Shown: in pieces, positions 9,061-19,247 of the stretch
Numbering within the stretch: the first letter of the stretch is position 1
How the letters are laid out: each line of letters opens with the position of its first letter
Notes under the pieces: generated by a model
Seen by the model: only the letters and a program-made list of their open reading frames with translations
Database searches by the model: none
What the model was told of the DNA's origin: nothing
Program-made: the position numbers and the translations under genes
Source of the DNA: a candidate division WOR-3 bacterium UBA2258
GTDB taxonomy: Bacteria; Hydrothermota; Tepidihabitantia; Tepidihabitantales; Tepidihabitantaceae
Length of the DNA stretch: 64,000 nt
Direction of reading: 5' to 3'
NCBI GenBank assembly: GCA_002347155.1
Contig: DDXO01000013.1
Span: 3,624-67,623, forward strand

Positions 9061-9233
9061 GACGAACGTCTGACAAGCCTTACTGACTCCAGATTGTCGC
9101 CTTATTGTACACCGGAATCGGACGCGAGTCAACATAGAACCGCCAAGGTCAGAACCCGGATGCCTGAAAACCAGATACGTTCCTCCGACTGGAAACTGAC
9201 ACCTGGAAACTGGTAACTCACGCCCGGCGCGTT

Positions 9234-11051
9234 CTAGCCCGCGCCCGAGCTGCCGCCACCGCCACCACCGCCGCCGCCGCCGGAGAACCCTCCGCCCGAA
9301 GACGAACCCGTAGAGAAAGACGACATCATGCTGCTCATGTTGGAGGCAAAGGCGCCGAACCCACCCAGCCCCTCGCTCAGCGAGGCAAGCGAGCCGCCCG
9401 GCACACCGGATGCCCCGATGTACCAGACCGGCAGCACCAGGCCGGTTCCGCGCTGCTCCGCGAGTCTGGCGACGTGCTTGAGGAACTCGGTAGCCACGCC
9501 CAGGGCCACGGCGTAGACGTAGTACTCCTCCCAGATGGCCAGCAGGTTGACCGGCGCCTGCTCGATTGCCGAGAAGTCCTTCAGGAACTTGCGGAAGTTC
9601 CGCCAGCGCTTGTGTTCAAGGTAGGCAATCGGGTCCCAGCGAATGATGACGCGGCCGGTCAGGAAGTAGACCGCACCGCAGGCAACGGCGGCGAATACCG
9701 TGAGCGGAATCCGCGCGCCTGCGGACGACGGCTCAATCGCGGCCACGCCGCCGAAGAAGAGCCATGCGCCGGGGAGGAAGCAGAGCGCGGCGAGCCCGCA
9801 GTATGTTGAGTAGGCCCGGCGGCTGGCAGCCTCGGTGAACTCGACACCGAGTTGTGCCGGCCACCATCCTGCCCCGGCCGAGTATAGGCGCGAAATCATC
9901 TGCCTGACGCCGGTGGGATGGGTCCTGCCGTAGTTCTTTATCATCTCCTCGGTAAGGACGTTGCCGCCGCCGCCGAACATACCGAACAGGTATTCGACCG
10001 CCAGCTTGTCGAACCCAACCAGTGCTGCCGCCTTTCCGGGGTCGTCCAGCCGGAACTCGTACCTGGTCTTCCGTCCCTCTTTGACCTCGTGCACCGAGAC
10101 AGCTCCCTGCCGGGCCAGGCCGAGCAACGTGGCCATGAGACCGCGGAAGAACTCCTGGGTCATGCCGGACTTGTCCGGCTTCTGGTGCATGATGAAAGGC
10201 ACGACGAACGGCGGCGCTCTGCGGGGCGGCTCATGCTCGTAAATGGCTTCGTAGTCGAGTCTGGGCTCGCGGCCGTGCTTCCGGTAGAAGATTATGAGCA
10301 GCAGCACGGGCACGAGAATCAGGAGCAGGCCGAGCGGGACATAGAAGTGGCTGCGGAAGGTCGCGGCCATGAAGTTCTGCTTCTCCTCTGCCAGCATCTG
10401 CCCATACTTCTTCTGCGGGATCTGCGTGATATGCGGATACAAGTCGGGATTCGAGAGCGCCCGCACCTCGACGAACGCATTCCTCGGTATTCCCGCCTGC
10501 CGGATGTAGGCGGTATCGAACTCAGCGGCAAAGCTGAGTGTCCCGGGCCGCGCGGCCGCGTGGACATAGACCTTGAACAGGTCAGGTGAACGGCCGGGAA
10601 GTATGACCCGGACCACGGCACGTCCAATCGGCTCGTGCTCCTGCTCGACAACCTTCCAGTAGAACTCGGCCACGTCCTCGTAGCGCCGGACCGCGCCCAG
10701 GACCGTGTAGTCAATCAGGAACGTCCGTTGTTCGTCTTCGGCCGAGTACCCCCAGCGCAGATAGAACGAACGGTCGGTGTCAACGACCTCCGGCGCAAGG
10801 TCCTGCCACCCGCCGGCGGTCGCCATCGCCAGCCGGTTCAGCCTGATGTCGGCAGCGCCCTGCTTCCTGAGGTCAAGGTCGGCCCAGGAGAAGCGGCCGT
10901 CGAACTCGTAGGTCCGCTCCTGGACTATGCGTGCGCTGCCGTCAGCCCCCAGTATAACGTCGGTTGATATCTCCGGGTAGTAGTAGGACTTGGCCGCGGC
11001 GAGCAGCGGCAGCAGCAGGCACAAAGAGAGACGTCGTGCCATGATTGTCAT
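9234..11051 (-). CDS. DUF2207-family membrane protein with a glycine-rich C-terminal tail
   Basis: Signal peptide, central TM helices and a poly-Gly C-terminus (GGGFSGGGGGGGGGGSSGAG), characteristic of DUF2207. Confidence 0.55.
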   Translation of the reverse strand: MTIMARRLSLCLLLPLLAAAKSYYYPEISTDVILGADGSARIVQERTYEFDGRFSWADLDLRKQGAADIRLNRLAMATAGGWQDLAPEVVDTDRSFYLRWGYSAEDEQRTFLIDYTVLGAVRRYEDVAEFYWKVVEQEHEPIGRAVVRVILPGRSPDLFKVYVHAAARPGTLSFAAEFDTAYIRQAGIPRNAFVEVRALSNPDLYPHITQIPQKKYGQMLAEEKQNFMAATFRSHFYVPLGLLLILVPVLLLIIFYRKHGREPRLDYEAIYEHEPPRRAPPFVVPFIMHQKPDKSGMTQEFFRGLMATLLGLARQGAVSVHEVKEGRKTRYEFRLDDPGKAAALVGFDKLAVEYLFGMFGGGGNVLTEEMIKNYGRTHPTGVRQMISRLYSAGAGWWPAQLGVEFTEAASRRAYSTYCGLAALCFLPGAWLFFGGVAAIEPSSAGARIPLTVFAAVACGAVYFLTGRVIIRWDPIAYLEHKRWRNFRKFLKDFSAIEQAPVNLLAIWEEYYVYAVALGVATEFLKHVARLAEQRGTGLVLPVWYIGASGVPGGSLASLSEGLGGFGAFASNMSSMMSSFSTGSSSGGGFSGGGGGGGGGGSSGAG

Positions 11052-11078
11052 CTTTTGAATTGCGCGGTCAGTTTCTGG

Positions 11079-11951
11079 CTAATGTTCCGGCAGCCGGCCG
11101 CGCAGAATGGCCTTGAACCGTTCCCGTTCGCTGCGGGCGTCGGGCGCGGTGCGCCGGGCCCGCGCCCCGCCTACGTAGAAGTACTTCGAAGGCGGCTCGT
11201 TGATGGCATTGACGAACCCGACCGCGTTGCCGCGGACGTTGCCGAGGTCGCCGGGTTCGACCGGCGGCCCGTAACCGCTCCAGATCGTGATCGAGTAATC
11301 GCCCTCGATTACCTGGCCCACGAACGGCGGGAATATCCGCTCCGGCGGTACGATTATCGCGGTGTCATGGACCAGCGTATCGAGCCTGACCTCGATGTTG
11401 TCCCAGACGCCGAGGGTGTCGTAGTAGTCGTAGTTGACGTAGATGCTCAGCCAGTACCACTGCGCCCCGCGTGATACGCGCCAGGCCGACGCAAGCGACG
11501 CGCCCTGCACCAGCAGATGGGTGTCGTCGGGCACGGTCAGAGCGAAATCACCCGGCATCACCAGGTGACAGAACCCCCTCCCCCAGAAATGCTCGACTTC
11601 GAACTCATACTTGTGGTTGGTCGCGATGACGTTCGTGTCCCCGTACTCGTACGTCGTGGGCGAGTAGGACATCGCCTGGACCTGGGTGTCGTTCAGGGTG
11701 ACAATCGGCACCATCCTGAGCCCGTCGTAGTCGAATACCTCGAAGTACCTTTCATAGCTGACCGTCCGCACATCTTCGCGGACCTTGTCCATGATTCCCC
11801 AGACCATAGGCTCCCGGTAGTGAGGATTGTGGCCGCTGTTCCCGCCCGACTCGTCGCAAGAAAGAAGGAACGCTGCGAGTAGCAGAAACGGTAGGCCGAA
11901 ATCTATCCCGAGTCCTGCCCTGCCTGGAACTTCCCGGGCGCCTGCGTTCAC
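11079..11951 (-). CDS. Hypothetical lipoprotein
   Basis: Lipobox LLAAFLLSC after a hydrophobic segment. No recognisable domain. Confidence 0.45.
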   Translation of the reverse strand: MNAGAREVPGRAGLGIDFGLPFLLLAAFLLSCDESGGNSGHNPHYREPMVWGIMDKVREDVRTVSYERYFEVFDYDGLRMVPIVTLNDTQVQAMSYSPTTYEYGDTNVIATNHKYEFEVEHFWGRGFCHLVMPGDFALTVPDDTHLLVQGASLASAWRVSRGAQWYWLSIYVNYDYYDTLGVWDNIEVRLDTLVHDTAIIVPPERIFPPFVGQVIEGDYSITIWSGYGPPVEPGDLGNVRGNAVGFVNAINEPPSKYFYVGGARARRTAPDARSERERFKAILRGRLPEH

Positions 11952-11957
11952 CGCGGC

Positions 11958-13055
11958 CTAGTCAAGCCGGATGGGCATCAACAGGAACGTCTGCTCGGTG
12001 TCCGGCTTCTCCTCGACCGGTTTGAACAGCCCAGCGGACAGCGGGTTCGACAACTCCACTGCGACCTTGTCAGACTGAAGCCGCCGCAGTATCTCCAGCA
12101 TGTAGCTGGCGTTGAACCCGATCCGTATCTGCTCGCCCGCATAGCTGCACTCGACCTCTTCCTCGCTCCGCCCGACGTCCGGGGTCTCGGCCTTGAGCCC
12201 GAGCTTGTTCTTGGTGAACTCGAGCGCGACCAGCCGGCCGACCGGGTGCGCGAACACCGCGGCGCGACGCAGGGCAGCCGAGAAGACATCATGCTCGACC
12301 AGCGCCCTGGCCGGGTAGCCTTTGGGTATCACCCGCTCGTAGTCGGGGTACGGACCCTCAATCTGCCGGGTAATGATGGTGGCGTTCTGGAACACGAAGC
12401 CGATCTTGGCCGGGTCCATGTGCACCGCGAAGGTCTCCTCGCCGCGCGGGAACAGGGGGAAGAGCTTGGTTGAGACGATGACCTTCAGCTTGCCGGCGAA
12501 CTTGCCCTTGCGGCAGACGTAGCCAAGACGGTGGCCGTCGGTGCCGACCATGCGGGTCTCGGTCTTGGAAACCTCCCAGTTGACGCCGGTCATGGCCGGC
12601 CGGGACTCGTCCTTGGAGGCGGCAAACGACACCGTCTCGAACAACTCGAACCAGGTCGCCAGCGGGAACTCCATGGTCACGCCTTCGGGCAGTTTGGGCA
12701 CTTCCGGAAACTCGGACGGGTCCAGGCTCACGAGCGATGCGTTCGTCTTGCCGGCTTCGAGACTGAGGCTCCGTTCCTTGCTGGAGAGCTTGATTGTCGG
12801 CGCGCTGATTTCGCGGACGATCTCGGCCAGCTTGCGGCCGAGCACGACGACCGTGCCGTCCTCAGACTGACCCTCGAGGCTGAAGGTACGGCGGACATAG
12901 GTGTCGAGGTCGGTCCCGGCCAGAGCCAGCTTGCCGTTGTTGACCTCAAGCGTAATGTTGTTCAGTACCGGATAGGCGGACTTGCTGGGCAGGGCGTTGG
13001 TGACGCCGGCCAGCAACTCCGCGAATATCCCGCGGTCGATTTCACAGCGCATCAT
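11958..13055 (-). CDS. dnaN: DNA polymerase III beta sliding clamp
   Basis: 365 aa. N-terminus MRCEIDRGIFAELLAGVTNALPSKSAYPVLNNITLEV…LALAGTDLD is the typical DnaN pattern. Confidence 0.85.
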   Translation of the reverse strand: MMRCEIDRGIFAELLAGVTNALPSKSAYPVLNNITLEVNNGKLALAGTDLDTYVRRTFSLEGQSEDGTVVVLGRKLAEIVREISAPTIKLSSKERSLSLEAGKTNASLVSLDPSEFPEVPKLPEGVTMEFPLATWFELFETVSFAASKDESRPAMTGVNWEVSKTETRMVGTDGHRLGYVCRKGKFAGKLKVIVSTKLFPLFPRGEETFAVHMDPAKIGFVFQNATIITRQIEGPYPDYERVIPKGYPARALVEHDVFSAALRRAAVFAHPVGRLVALEFTKNKLGLKAETPDVGRSEEEVECSYAGEQIRIGFNASYMLEILRRLQSDKVAVELSNPLSAGLFKPVEEKPDTEQTFLLMPIRLD

Positions 13056-13124
13056 GTCTCCTTTACCAGCAAGGGATGTTAGTGGCTATACTTCTACCCG
13101 ATTCCAACCCGGAGTCAAGCTCAG

Positions 13125-13350
13125 TCCAGAGCCCCAGACCCGGTATTGAACCACAAAGACACCAAGAACACCAAGCAGACAGAACCGTCGAAGCGAGGCA
13201 ACCACCGATGGACGCCGTTGAACGCCGATTGCCGCCCTGGGTTCGGAACCAGATCTGCATCCATCTGCGTTGTGGCTTCGCCGCGCTTCGCTCATCTGCG
13301 GTTCATCCTCTTTGTGAATTAGTGTCTTGGTGTCCCATGTCGGACCTGGG
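13125..13350. repeat. MITE-like dispersed element (family with CCCCAGACCCGNNATTGAACCACAAAGACACCAAGAACACCAAGCAGACAGA and an inverted end …CTCTTTGTG…GTCTTGGTG…GTCGGA)
   Basis: Shares a 45-bp near-identical segment with 61876-61920. Terminal inverted segments. Related copy at 50625-50745. Confidence 0.4.
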
Positions 13351-13358
13351 GCGGAGCC

Positions 13359-13610
13359 TCAGTCTCCGCCTTCTCTGAACGGTTCTTCCGTGAAGAGCCC
13401 CTGCTTGTCCTTGACGAGCTGGCTCACCTTGAGCTCGGCCTCGGCCAGCTTCTCCTTGCAGGCCCGCGCAAGTCGTACCCCGTGCTCGAACAAGGCGAGC
13501 GACTTGTCAAGAGCGAGGTTGCCCGCCTCGAGCTGCTTGACGATGCCTTCCAGCTCCGCCAGCGCCTTCTCGAAGTCCAGGGCTTCGGTCGGCTTCTCAT
13601 TCTTTGCCAT
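13359..13610 (-). CDS. xseB: Exodeoxyribonuclease VII small subunit
   Basis: 83 aa; sequence …KTEALDFEKALAELEGIVKQLEAGNLALDKSLALFEHGVRLARACKEKL. Confidence 0.85.
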   Translation of the reverse strand: MAKNEKPTEALDFEKALAELEGIVKQLEAGNLALDKSLALFEHGVRLARACKEKLAEAELKVSQLVKDKQGLFTEEPFREGGD

Positions 13611-13613
13611 AAT

Positions 13614-14975
13614 CTAGTTGCCTCCGCTGTTATGCTTTGCGGTCCGCTCTACCCGGCAGTCAATCGCGCCATCCGAAACCCTGAGGCTGACCCCTTCACC
13701 CGCCTCAACCTGACTGACGCGGCTGACAACCGAGCCATCGGGTTTCAGGCAGACCGAATAGCCGCGGCCCAGGCTGGCCAGCGGACTCAGCGCATCGAGC
13801 CGGGCCCCGGCCTGCCCGAGCCTGACGCCATGTCGGGATAAAAGCGCAAGCGCAGGCTTGTCCAGCCGGTCGGCCAATGCCTGCAGGGCGAGCTTCTGGC
13901 GCAGGACGCGCGCCACCGGGTTCTGTCGGTTCAGCCTCAAGTTCAGGTCAGCCAGACGGGAACTCGCGCCGGCAAGGGCAGCACGGGCCGAACCCTCGGC
14001 GGCGCTCACGAGCCGCTCAACTCGGTGCCCCTGCTCAGCCAGATGCCCGGCCATGAGCTCGAACGCCCGGTGCCGGGTCAGCTCGTCGATTGCCTGCTGC
14101 TTCTCGAACAGCACCTGCTCAGCCGCCTCGAGCAGTTGTCCGGCAAGGTCGCGGAGCCGGGTCTCGAATTCCTCCCACGTCCTGGCCACGAGCTGCGCCG
14201 CCGCAGTCGGTGTCGCCGCGCGCACATCGGCGACGAAGTCGGCAATCGTGAAGTCGGTCTCGTGCCCGACCCCGGAAATCACCGGGACCCGCGCCGCGGC
14301 GATGGCCCGCGCCACGCCCTCCTCATTGAAGGACCAGAGGTCCTCAATCGAACCGCCTCCCCTGCCGACGATGATGACGTCGACGTCGGAGCGGGCACAG
14401 AGAGCTGCCACACCTTCGGCGATCTGCTCGGCTGCACCTTCGCCCTGCACCTGGGCCGGGTACAGGACGACCTGCACCGGCGCCTTGTGCAGCCGCAAAG
14501 TCCTGAGCATATCGTGGATTGCCGCGCCCGAAGGTGAAGTCACGATGCCCACGGTGCGGGGCAATGCCGGCAGGGGCCGCTTCCGTTCGGCCGCGAACAG
14601 GCCTTCCTTCTCCAGCTTCCGCTTGAGCTGCTCGAACGCCTTCTGCAGGGCGCCCAGGCCTTTGGGCTCTATAGTGTCGAGGATTATCTGATACTTGCCG
14701 GTCGGCTGATATACCTCGAGCCGGCCGTGGCCGATGACCGCGAGGCCGTCCTCGAGCCGGAACTTCAGCCGCTGGGCCGAATGGCGGAAGCAGACTGCCT
14801 GGATTTGCGAACCCTCGTCCTTCAGCGCGAAATAGAGGTGTCCGGACGCATAGGCCTTGAAGTTCGATACCTCGCCCTCAATCCAGACATCGGAGAAGTA
14901 CTCCCCGAGCATCCCGGCCACAAGCTGATTGACCTGGGATACGGTGAGGACCTTGCGGGCAGCGGCGGTTTCCAT
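13614..14975 (-). CDS. xseA: Exodeoxyribonuclease VII large subunit
   Basis: 453 aa. OB-fold N-terminus LTVSQVNQLVAGMLGEYFSDVWIEGEVSNFKAYASGHLYFALKD and a catalytic core. 4-bp gap to xseB. Confidence 0.85.
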   Translation of the reverse strand: METAAARKVLTVSQVNQLVAGMLGEYFSDVWIEGEVSNFKAYASGHLYFALKDEGSQIQAVCFRHSAQRLKFRLEDGLAVIGHGRLEVYQPTGKYQIILDTIEPKGLGALQKAFEQLKRKLEKEGLFAAERKRPLPALPRTVGIVTSPSGAAIHDMLRTLRLHKAPVQVVLYPAQVQGEGAAEQIAEGVAALCARSDVDVIIVGRGGGSIEDLWSFNEEGVARAIAAARVPVISGVGHETDFTIADFVADVRAATPTAAAQLVARTWEEFETRLRDLAGQLLEAAEQVLFEKQQAIDELTRHRAFELMAGHLAEQGHRVERLVSAAEGSARAALAGASSRLADLNLRLNRQNPVARVLRQKLALQALADRLDKPALALLSRHGVRLGQAGARLDALSPLASLGRGYSVCLKPDGSVVSRVSQVEAGEGVSLRVSDGAIDCRVERTAKHNSGGN

Positions 14976-15059
14976 CGGCGAGGAGTTAGGTGCTAGGAGT
15001 TAGCGGTTAGGAGTGCGACCGGGAACGATGCCTGACTGCTAACTGCTACCTCCTACCTG

Positions 15060-15914
15060 CTAACTCTTCTTATAGTCGTAAAACCCCTTTCCCGTCTTAC
15101 GCCCCAGGTACCCGGCCGCCACCATCCGCTTCAGCAACGGACAGGGACGGTACTTCGAATCCCCGATGTCGCTGTAGAGCACGTTCATGATGGCAAGACA
15201 GACGTCGAGGCCGATAAGGTCGGCAAGCGCCAGCGGACCGATGGGATGGTTCATGCCCAGTTTCATCACGGTGTCGATGGCCTCCTTGTCGGCCACTCCG
15301 GACTCAAGGCAGAATATCGCCTCGTTTATCATCGGCAGCAGCACGCGATTGGAGACGAACCCCGGCGAGTCATTCACGACGACCGGGGTCTTGCCCAGTT
15401 CCCTGGAAAGGGTAACGACCGTGTCGGTGACTTCGCGCAGGGTACCGAGCCCGTTGACCACCTCGACCAGTTGCATCACCGGCACCGGGTTCATGAAGTG
15501 CATGCCGATGACCTTGTCCGGCCGCTTCGTCGCCGCGGCGATGGCGGTTACGGAGATGGTTGAGGTGTTGGTCGCGAGGATTGTCTCCGGCCCGCAGACG
15601 CTGTCCAGCTTCGCGAAAAGCTCGAACTTCAGCTTCTGGTTCTCGGTCGCTGCCTCGACCACCAGCCCGCAGTCCTTCAAGTCTCCGAGGTCAAGGCTCG
15701 GCTTGATGCGGGATATGACCGCATCCGCCGCCTCCTGGGAGAGCTTCGCCTTCTCGACCATTCGGCCCAGCGACTTCTTCACCGTACCGAGGCCGCGGTC
15801 CACGAACTTCTGGTCGATGTCGTTCATGATGACGTCGTAACCGGCCATGGCGAACACCTGGGCGATGCCGTTGCCCATGGTGCCGGCGCCGACAACTCCG
15901 ATCTTCCGATTCAT
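15060..15914 (-). CDS. hbd: 3-hydroxybutyryl-CoA / 3-hydroxyacyl-CoA dehydrogenase (NAD-binding)
   Basis: Start trimmed to [30 protein letters not shown] (Rossmann GxGxxG). The longer track ORF is an N-terminal read-through. Confidence 0.85.
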   Translation of the reverse strand: MNRKIGVVGAGTMGNGIAQVFAMAGYDVIMNDIDQKFVDRGLGTVKKSLGRMVEKAKLSQEAADAVISRIKPSLDLGDLKDCGLVVEAATENQKLKFELFAKLDSVCGPETILATNTSTISVTAIAAATKRPDKVIGMHFMNPVPVMQLVEVVNGLGTLREVTDTVVTLSRELGKTPVVVNDSPGFVSNRVLLPMINEAIFCLESGVADKEAIDTVMKLGMNHPIGPLALADLIGLDVCLAIMNVLYSDIGDSKYRPCPLLKRMVAAGYLGRKTGKGFYDYKKS

Positions 15915-16070
15915 GTTGACTCCTTGTGGGTAAGAACTCGAAGCTACGTTATACGAAACCGGTTCGGTGTCAAGCCGAACACGGCCGGGAGGTAACCGGC
16001 AGCGTGCCCAAGGACAGCCTTCGCCCCAACGGCGAACCAGGTGCACGCGCGGAAGACGGGGACCCTCTGC

Positions 16071-16128
16071 GGAAAACGGGGACTGTACCGCGCCCGGTCC
16101 GACATTGGTGCTCCGCGGGACTGTCCCC
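16071..16128. repeat. Small MITE-like element with two palindromic GGGACNGTCCC boxes (GGAAAACGGGGACTGTACC…GGGACTGTCCCC)
   Basis: Second copy at 35319-35413, inside hypA, with the same outer CCGGAAAAC/GTTTTCCGG arms and inner boxes. Confidence 0.4.
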
Positions 16129-16137
16129 ATTCCCCGC

Positions 16138-16190
16138 GCGGTCACGGTCCGATGGGAGCCGCGACGTTGAAGACGTCGGTGCGGATGGCC
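16138..16190 (-). pseudogene. Duplicated 3' fragment of gene 31067..31441, encoding …[15 protein letters not shown] followed by a stop
   Basis: 52-bp near-identical match to 31064-31115. No upstream ORF, so it is a non-functional remnant. Confidence 0.45.
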
Positions 16191-17169
16191 CGCAGCGTAA
16201 GGCCTCGTCCAAGACGCTGGCCTCATGACCGGCTGCCCGACTCTGCATATTCTACGCAATCTGCGGACTCAGTCCTCGCTGAAATGCTCTCCCCAATGCA
16301 CCGTCCATCGCTCCTCTCATCGGACCTCTCATCGCATCCTCCATTCCATAACGCATCGTACCTCGGACTGGATTCCGCGCTGTACCTCAACCTCGACCTC
16401 AACCTGAATCCTTCACTGCTCCCGTCACTGGACCGCGCATCGCTTGCGAAACTGCTCGTAGCATTGCTCCCCGCATTGGACCCTTCACTGCTCCGCTCAT
16501 TGCACGTCTCAACGCACCGGTCATTGCTCGCTGGAATCGATGCTGCATTGCTCCCCGAAATGCAGCCTGGGAGGCGACCCCTACCCTACCTTCTCGTCCC
16601 GGACGCTCGCTCTGAACTCCCCGAGAACGCGTTAGTTACGCCCATTCCCGGCCCTTCGGAGAACCACGCCCTCGTGTATTGGCCGTCAAGGACGCACTCC
16701 CCTGTCCACCCTCCGCCCGTTCCGCGGCCGCATGTTCTGCTTTCGCAGTCATTTGCGCCAGCAACCAATGCACTCTGTTCGGCGGCCTCGCTCTCCGGAT
16801 GTACTCAAGGGGGCCCGCGTCTCGCGGTTCATGCCTCTATCGACCGTTTTCGTCGCCATGAGAAGGTCCTTTCATACTGCCTCTCACTAGTAGTTTGCCG
16901 ATCCGGCAAAAAGGTAAGCAGGGACAGCCACGGTACTTGACGACAGCGTCAAGGGCATCGGGCCGCAGACGCAGTCCGCGAGTTCCCAGTGACCAGTGTG
17001 CAGGAGAACCAAGACCACACCCAATTACGCCCGGCCGGCTGACAACTAACGGTTGAGGACTTCCTGCCACTTGACCACTTGATCCCTTGGTCTCTCGATC
17101 CCTCTCCCCTTCCATTTGACACCTCCGCCCGCGAGACGTTGAGTGTGACTGAGCACAAACGCCTATTGG

Positions 17170-17199
17170 CAGGCTGCCCGCAGGGATGCGGGCAGCCTG
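17170..17199. terminator. Stem-loop CAGGCTGCCCGC-AGGGAT-GCGGGCAGCCTG immediately 3' of the minus-strand T9SS gene
   Basis: Perfect 12-bp inverted repeat. No U-tract, which is common in high-GC genomes. Confidence 0.35.
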
Positions 17200-17218
17200 T
17201 ATGAGGAAGCCGCTTGGG

Positions 17219-19006
17219 CTATTCGGACAGAACCAGCTTCCGGGTGATGCTGTTTCCGCCACTCTCCAACGCGACGAAGTAGATGCCGGCCGCAGCGCCG
17301 TTTGCGTTCCATGTCACGCTGTACCTGCCCGCCGCTCGATGCCCTGAGGCCAGAGTCCTGACCGGACGCCCGGCCGCATCGTATACGACCAGTGATACGT
17401 CACCCGCTCGCGGCAGAGCATAGGATACTGCAGTCCAGCCTCGGGCCGGGCTCGGGCTGGCCGCGACTTCCATGCGGACCTGTTGAGCATCCCGGGGATC
17501 CTCGGCGACGCCGCTGTACGGATTCTTCCACTTCTGAACGACAATCGGGTTGCTGGTGGCCGGCCCCTCGCTGTACAGCGTGAATCCCGCAACCTGGTCA
17601 ATCATGTACTCGACCATCACCGTATCGGTTATCGGGTTCAGGATAGATGGGAACCGGTAGGTAACGTCTCCGCCGTCGGTAACCCTGAAAGCAGTATCCC
17701 AGGTCACGCCATTGTCGGTCGAGTGTGAGCACCAAATGTCGGCGCGCAGGCGCGATGTGGTCGGTTCGTAGTTGATGCCGTCGAACTCCTCCCAGGCTAC
17801 GAACAGGTTACCGTTCTCGTCTTCGCCCAGGCTCGGCCGGCAGCAGACCATGGCGTTGTACCCGATACTGGAGAGAATCGACTCGGTCGGGCAGGCGTGA
17901 ATGAGATTCCAGGCATCGGGATTCTGGGCGCACCAGTGCCAGACCTGGCCGGGCAGGACCCAGTTGGTGTCGTTGTAGTACGGGGCGACGTTGCCGACGA
18001 TGTGCAGACGATCCTGCCTGTCGTACAGCGGAAAGAGTGAAGACAGGTGAAATGATGGTACGGTGTCGCCTCCGTATGCAGGCGGGTACCCGAGGTCCGC
18101 CGCCGCGTCCCAGCTATCGCCGCCGTCCCGAGATTCACGATAGTAGGCCGGTTCCTGCATGTAGCCGCTGGCCGGGGTCACGGTCCAGGTGATGCAGACC
18201 TTGTTCGAACCGGGCACCTTGGACGTCGCGATATTGTGGGAAGGAAACAGCGGCTCGGGATCAGGCGAGGGCACGCTCGCCGCGTTGCTCCAGTTCGGCC
18301 ACGTGGTGCAGCGGCTGTAGTACAGGTTGTCCTGATTGTTGGCATCAATCATCGCCAGGTGGTACTTACCGTTCATGCCCACCGCCACCCAGGGCCATTC
18401 GTAGTGGTTGATCGCCGAGTTCTCGCCATAGGAGTAGTCGAAGATCCCGACTCCGACGTCGGCGTCCCGGGCGATGACCGGCGCATAGTCAGCGGAGCCG
18501 GTCCCGGTCGTATCGTGGGCGGAAATCACGGCTACGCCGTTCGTATCGGTGTCGATCCTGCCATACCCGGAGCGCTCGGCGAACACTATCACTCCCGCAT
18601 CCAGGAAATCCGGGTCAGTCCAATTCCAGGCACGGGTGCTGTAGTCGCAGAAATTGTAGCGCATGTTCCGGTCCGGGAAATCAGTATTCGACATATCCGC
18701 CGAGTACATCCACAAGACGTGGATTCCCTTGCCCGGGGTCTGCGCCAGCATCCTCAGCGCCGGCCCGTTCGCGCCCCAGTCATAGGTCGTGCCGCCGACC
18801 GTGTCTACGACCCCGATAGTGAAGCGGGCCGGGCGGCTCGGACCCGGGGGGGATGGAGAACCGGGCGGACCGGCCCTGCCTTCTTCGGGGAGTCCGGTCA
18901 CAACCCGCAGGGAAATGCCGGACGCGACCACCGTTCCTTGGGCGGTCGTACCGGCAGCCAGTGCCAGAATCGGCACCAGCAGAGCCACACAGACTGCGTG
19001 CCGCAT
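17219..19006 (-). CDS. Secreted protein with a T9SS C-terminal sorting domain; function unknown
   Basis: Signal peptide MRHAVCVALLVPILALAAG. CTD …VSLVVYDAAGRPVRTLASGHRAAGRYSVTWNANGAAAGIYFVALESGGNSITRKLVLSE. Confidence 0.6.
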   Translation of the reverse strand: MRHAVCVALLVPILALAAGTTAQGTVVASGISLRVVTGLPEEGRAGPPGSPSPPGPSRPARFTIGVVDTVGGTTYDWGANGPALRMLAQTPGKGIHVLWMYSADMSNTDFPDRNMRYNFCDYSTRAWNWTDPDFLDAGVIVFAERSGYGRIDTDTNGVAVISAHDTTGTGSADYAPVIARDADVGVGIFDYSYGENSAINHYEWPWVAVGMNGKYHLAMIDANNQDNLYYSRCTTWPNWSNAASVPSPDPEPLFPSHNIATSKVPGSNKVCITWTVTPASGYMQEPAYYRESRDGGDSWDAAADLGYPPAYGGDTVPSFHLSSLFPLYDRQDRLHIVGNVAPYYNDTNWVLPGQVWHWCAQNPDAWNLIHACPTESILSSIGYNAMVCCRPSLGEDENGNLFVAWEEFDGINYEPTTSRLRADIWCSHSTDNGVTWDTAFRVTDGGDVTYRFPSILNPITDTVMVEYMIDQVAGFTLYSEGPATSNPIVVQKWKNPYSGVAEDPRDAQQVRMEVAASPSPARGWTAVSYALPRAGDVSLVVYDAAGRPVRTLASGHRAAGRYSVTWNANGAAAGIYFVALESGGNSITRKLVLSE

Positions 19007-19247
19007 TAGTGTCCTCCTTGCATTCGGGCCTTAGGGCATCACTGCTGTCCAGTCGCCATACGGCCGACGGGTCTTTTCCGTTCGTCCCGGCACCTCTCCA
19101 CGTACTGCCGGCTGGCATAGTAATCATCGGTCGTCAACTACATATACTCCCGTTTTGGAAGGTGGCGCATAGCCCGGCGGCGCGCCGCCAGCTCCGGATA
19201 AACGCAGCCCCCGGCACGCAGGCCGGGGGCTTGAGAATTGGGGCCGG

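Noticed and set aside
9016-9216. 66-aa ORF
   Set aside because: Overlaps the 5' half of the tmRNA gene. Not coding.
8590-9233. Integrase or att duplication expected for an ssrA-targeted island
   Set aside because: No tyrosine-recombinase ORF and no second copy of the ssrA 3' end were found within the window. The island status is therefore left as a hypothesis only.
16041-16940. 299-aa ORF in the hbd-T9SS gap
   Set aside because: Spans degenerate CATTGCTCC/TCATCG oligo-repeats and a MITE. No start context or homology. The region is treated as non-coding repeat DNA.
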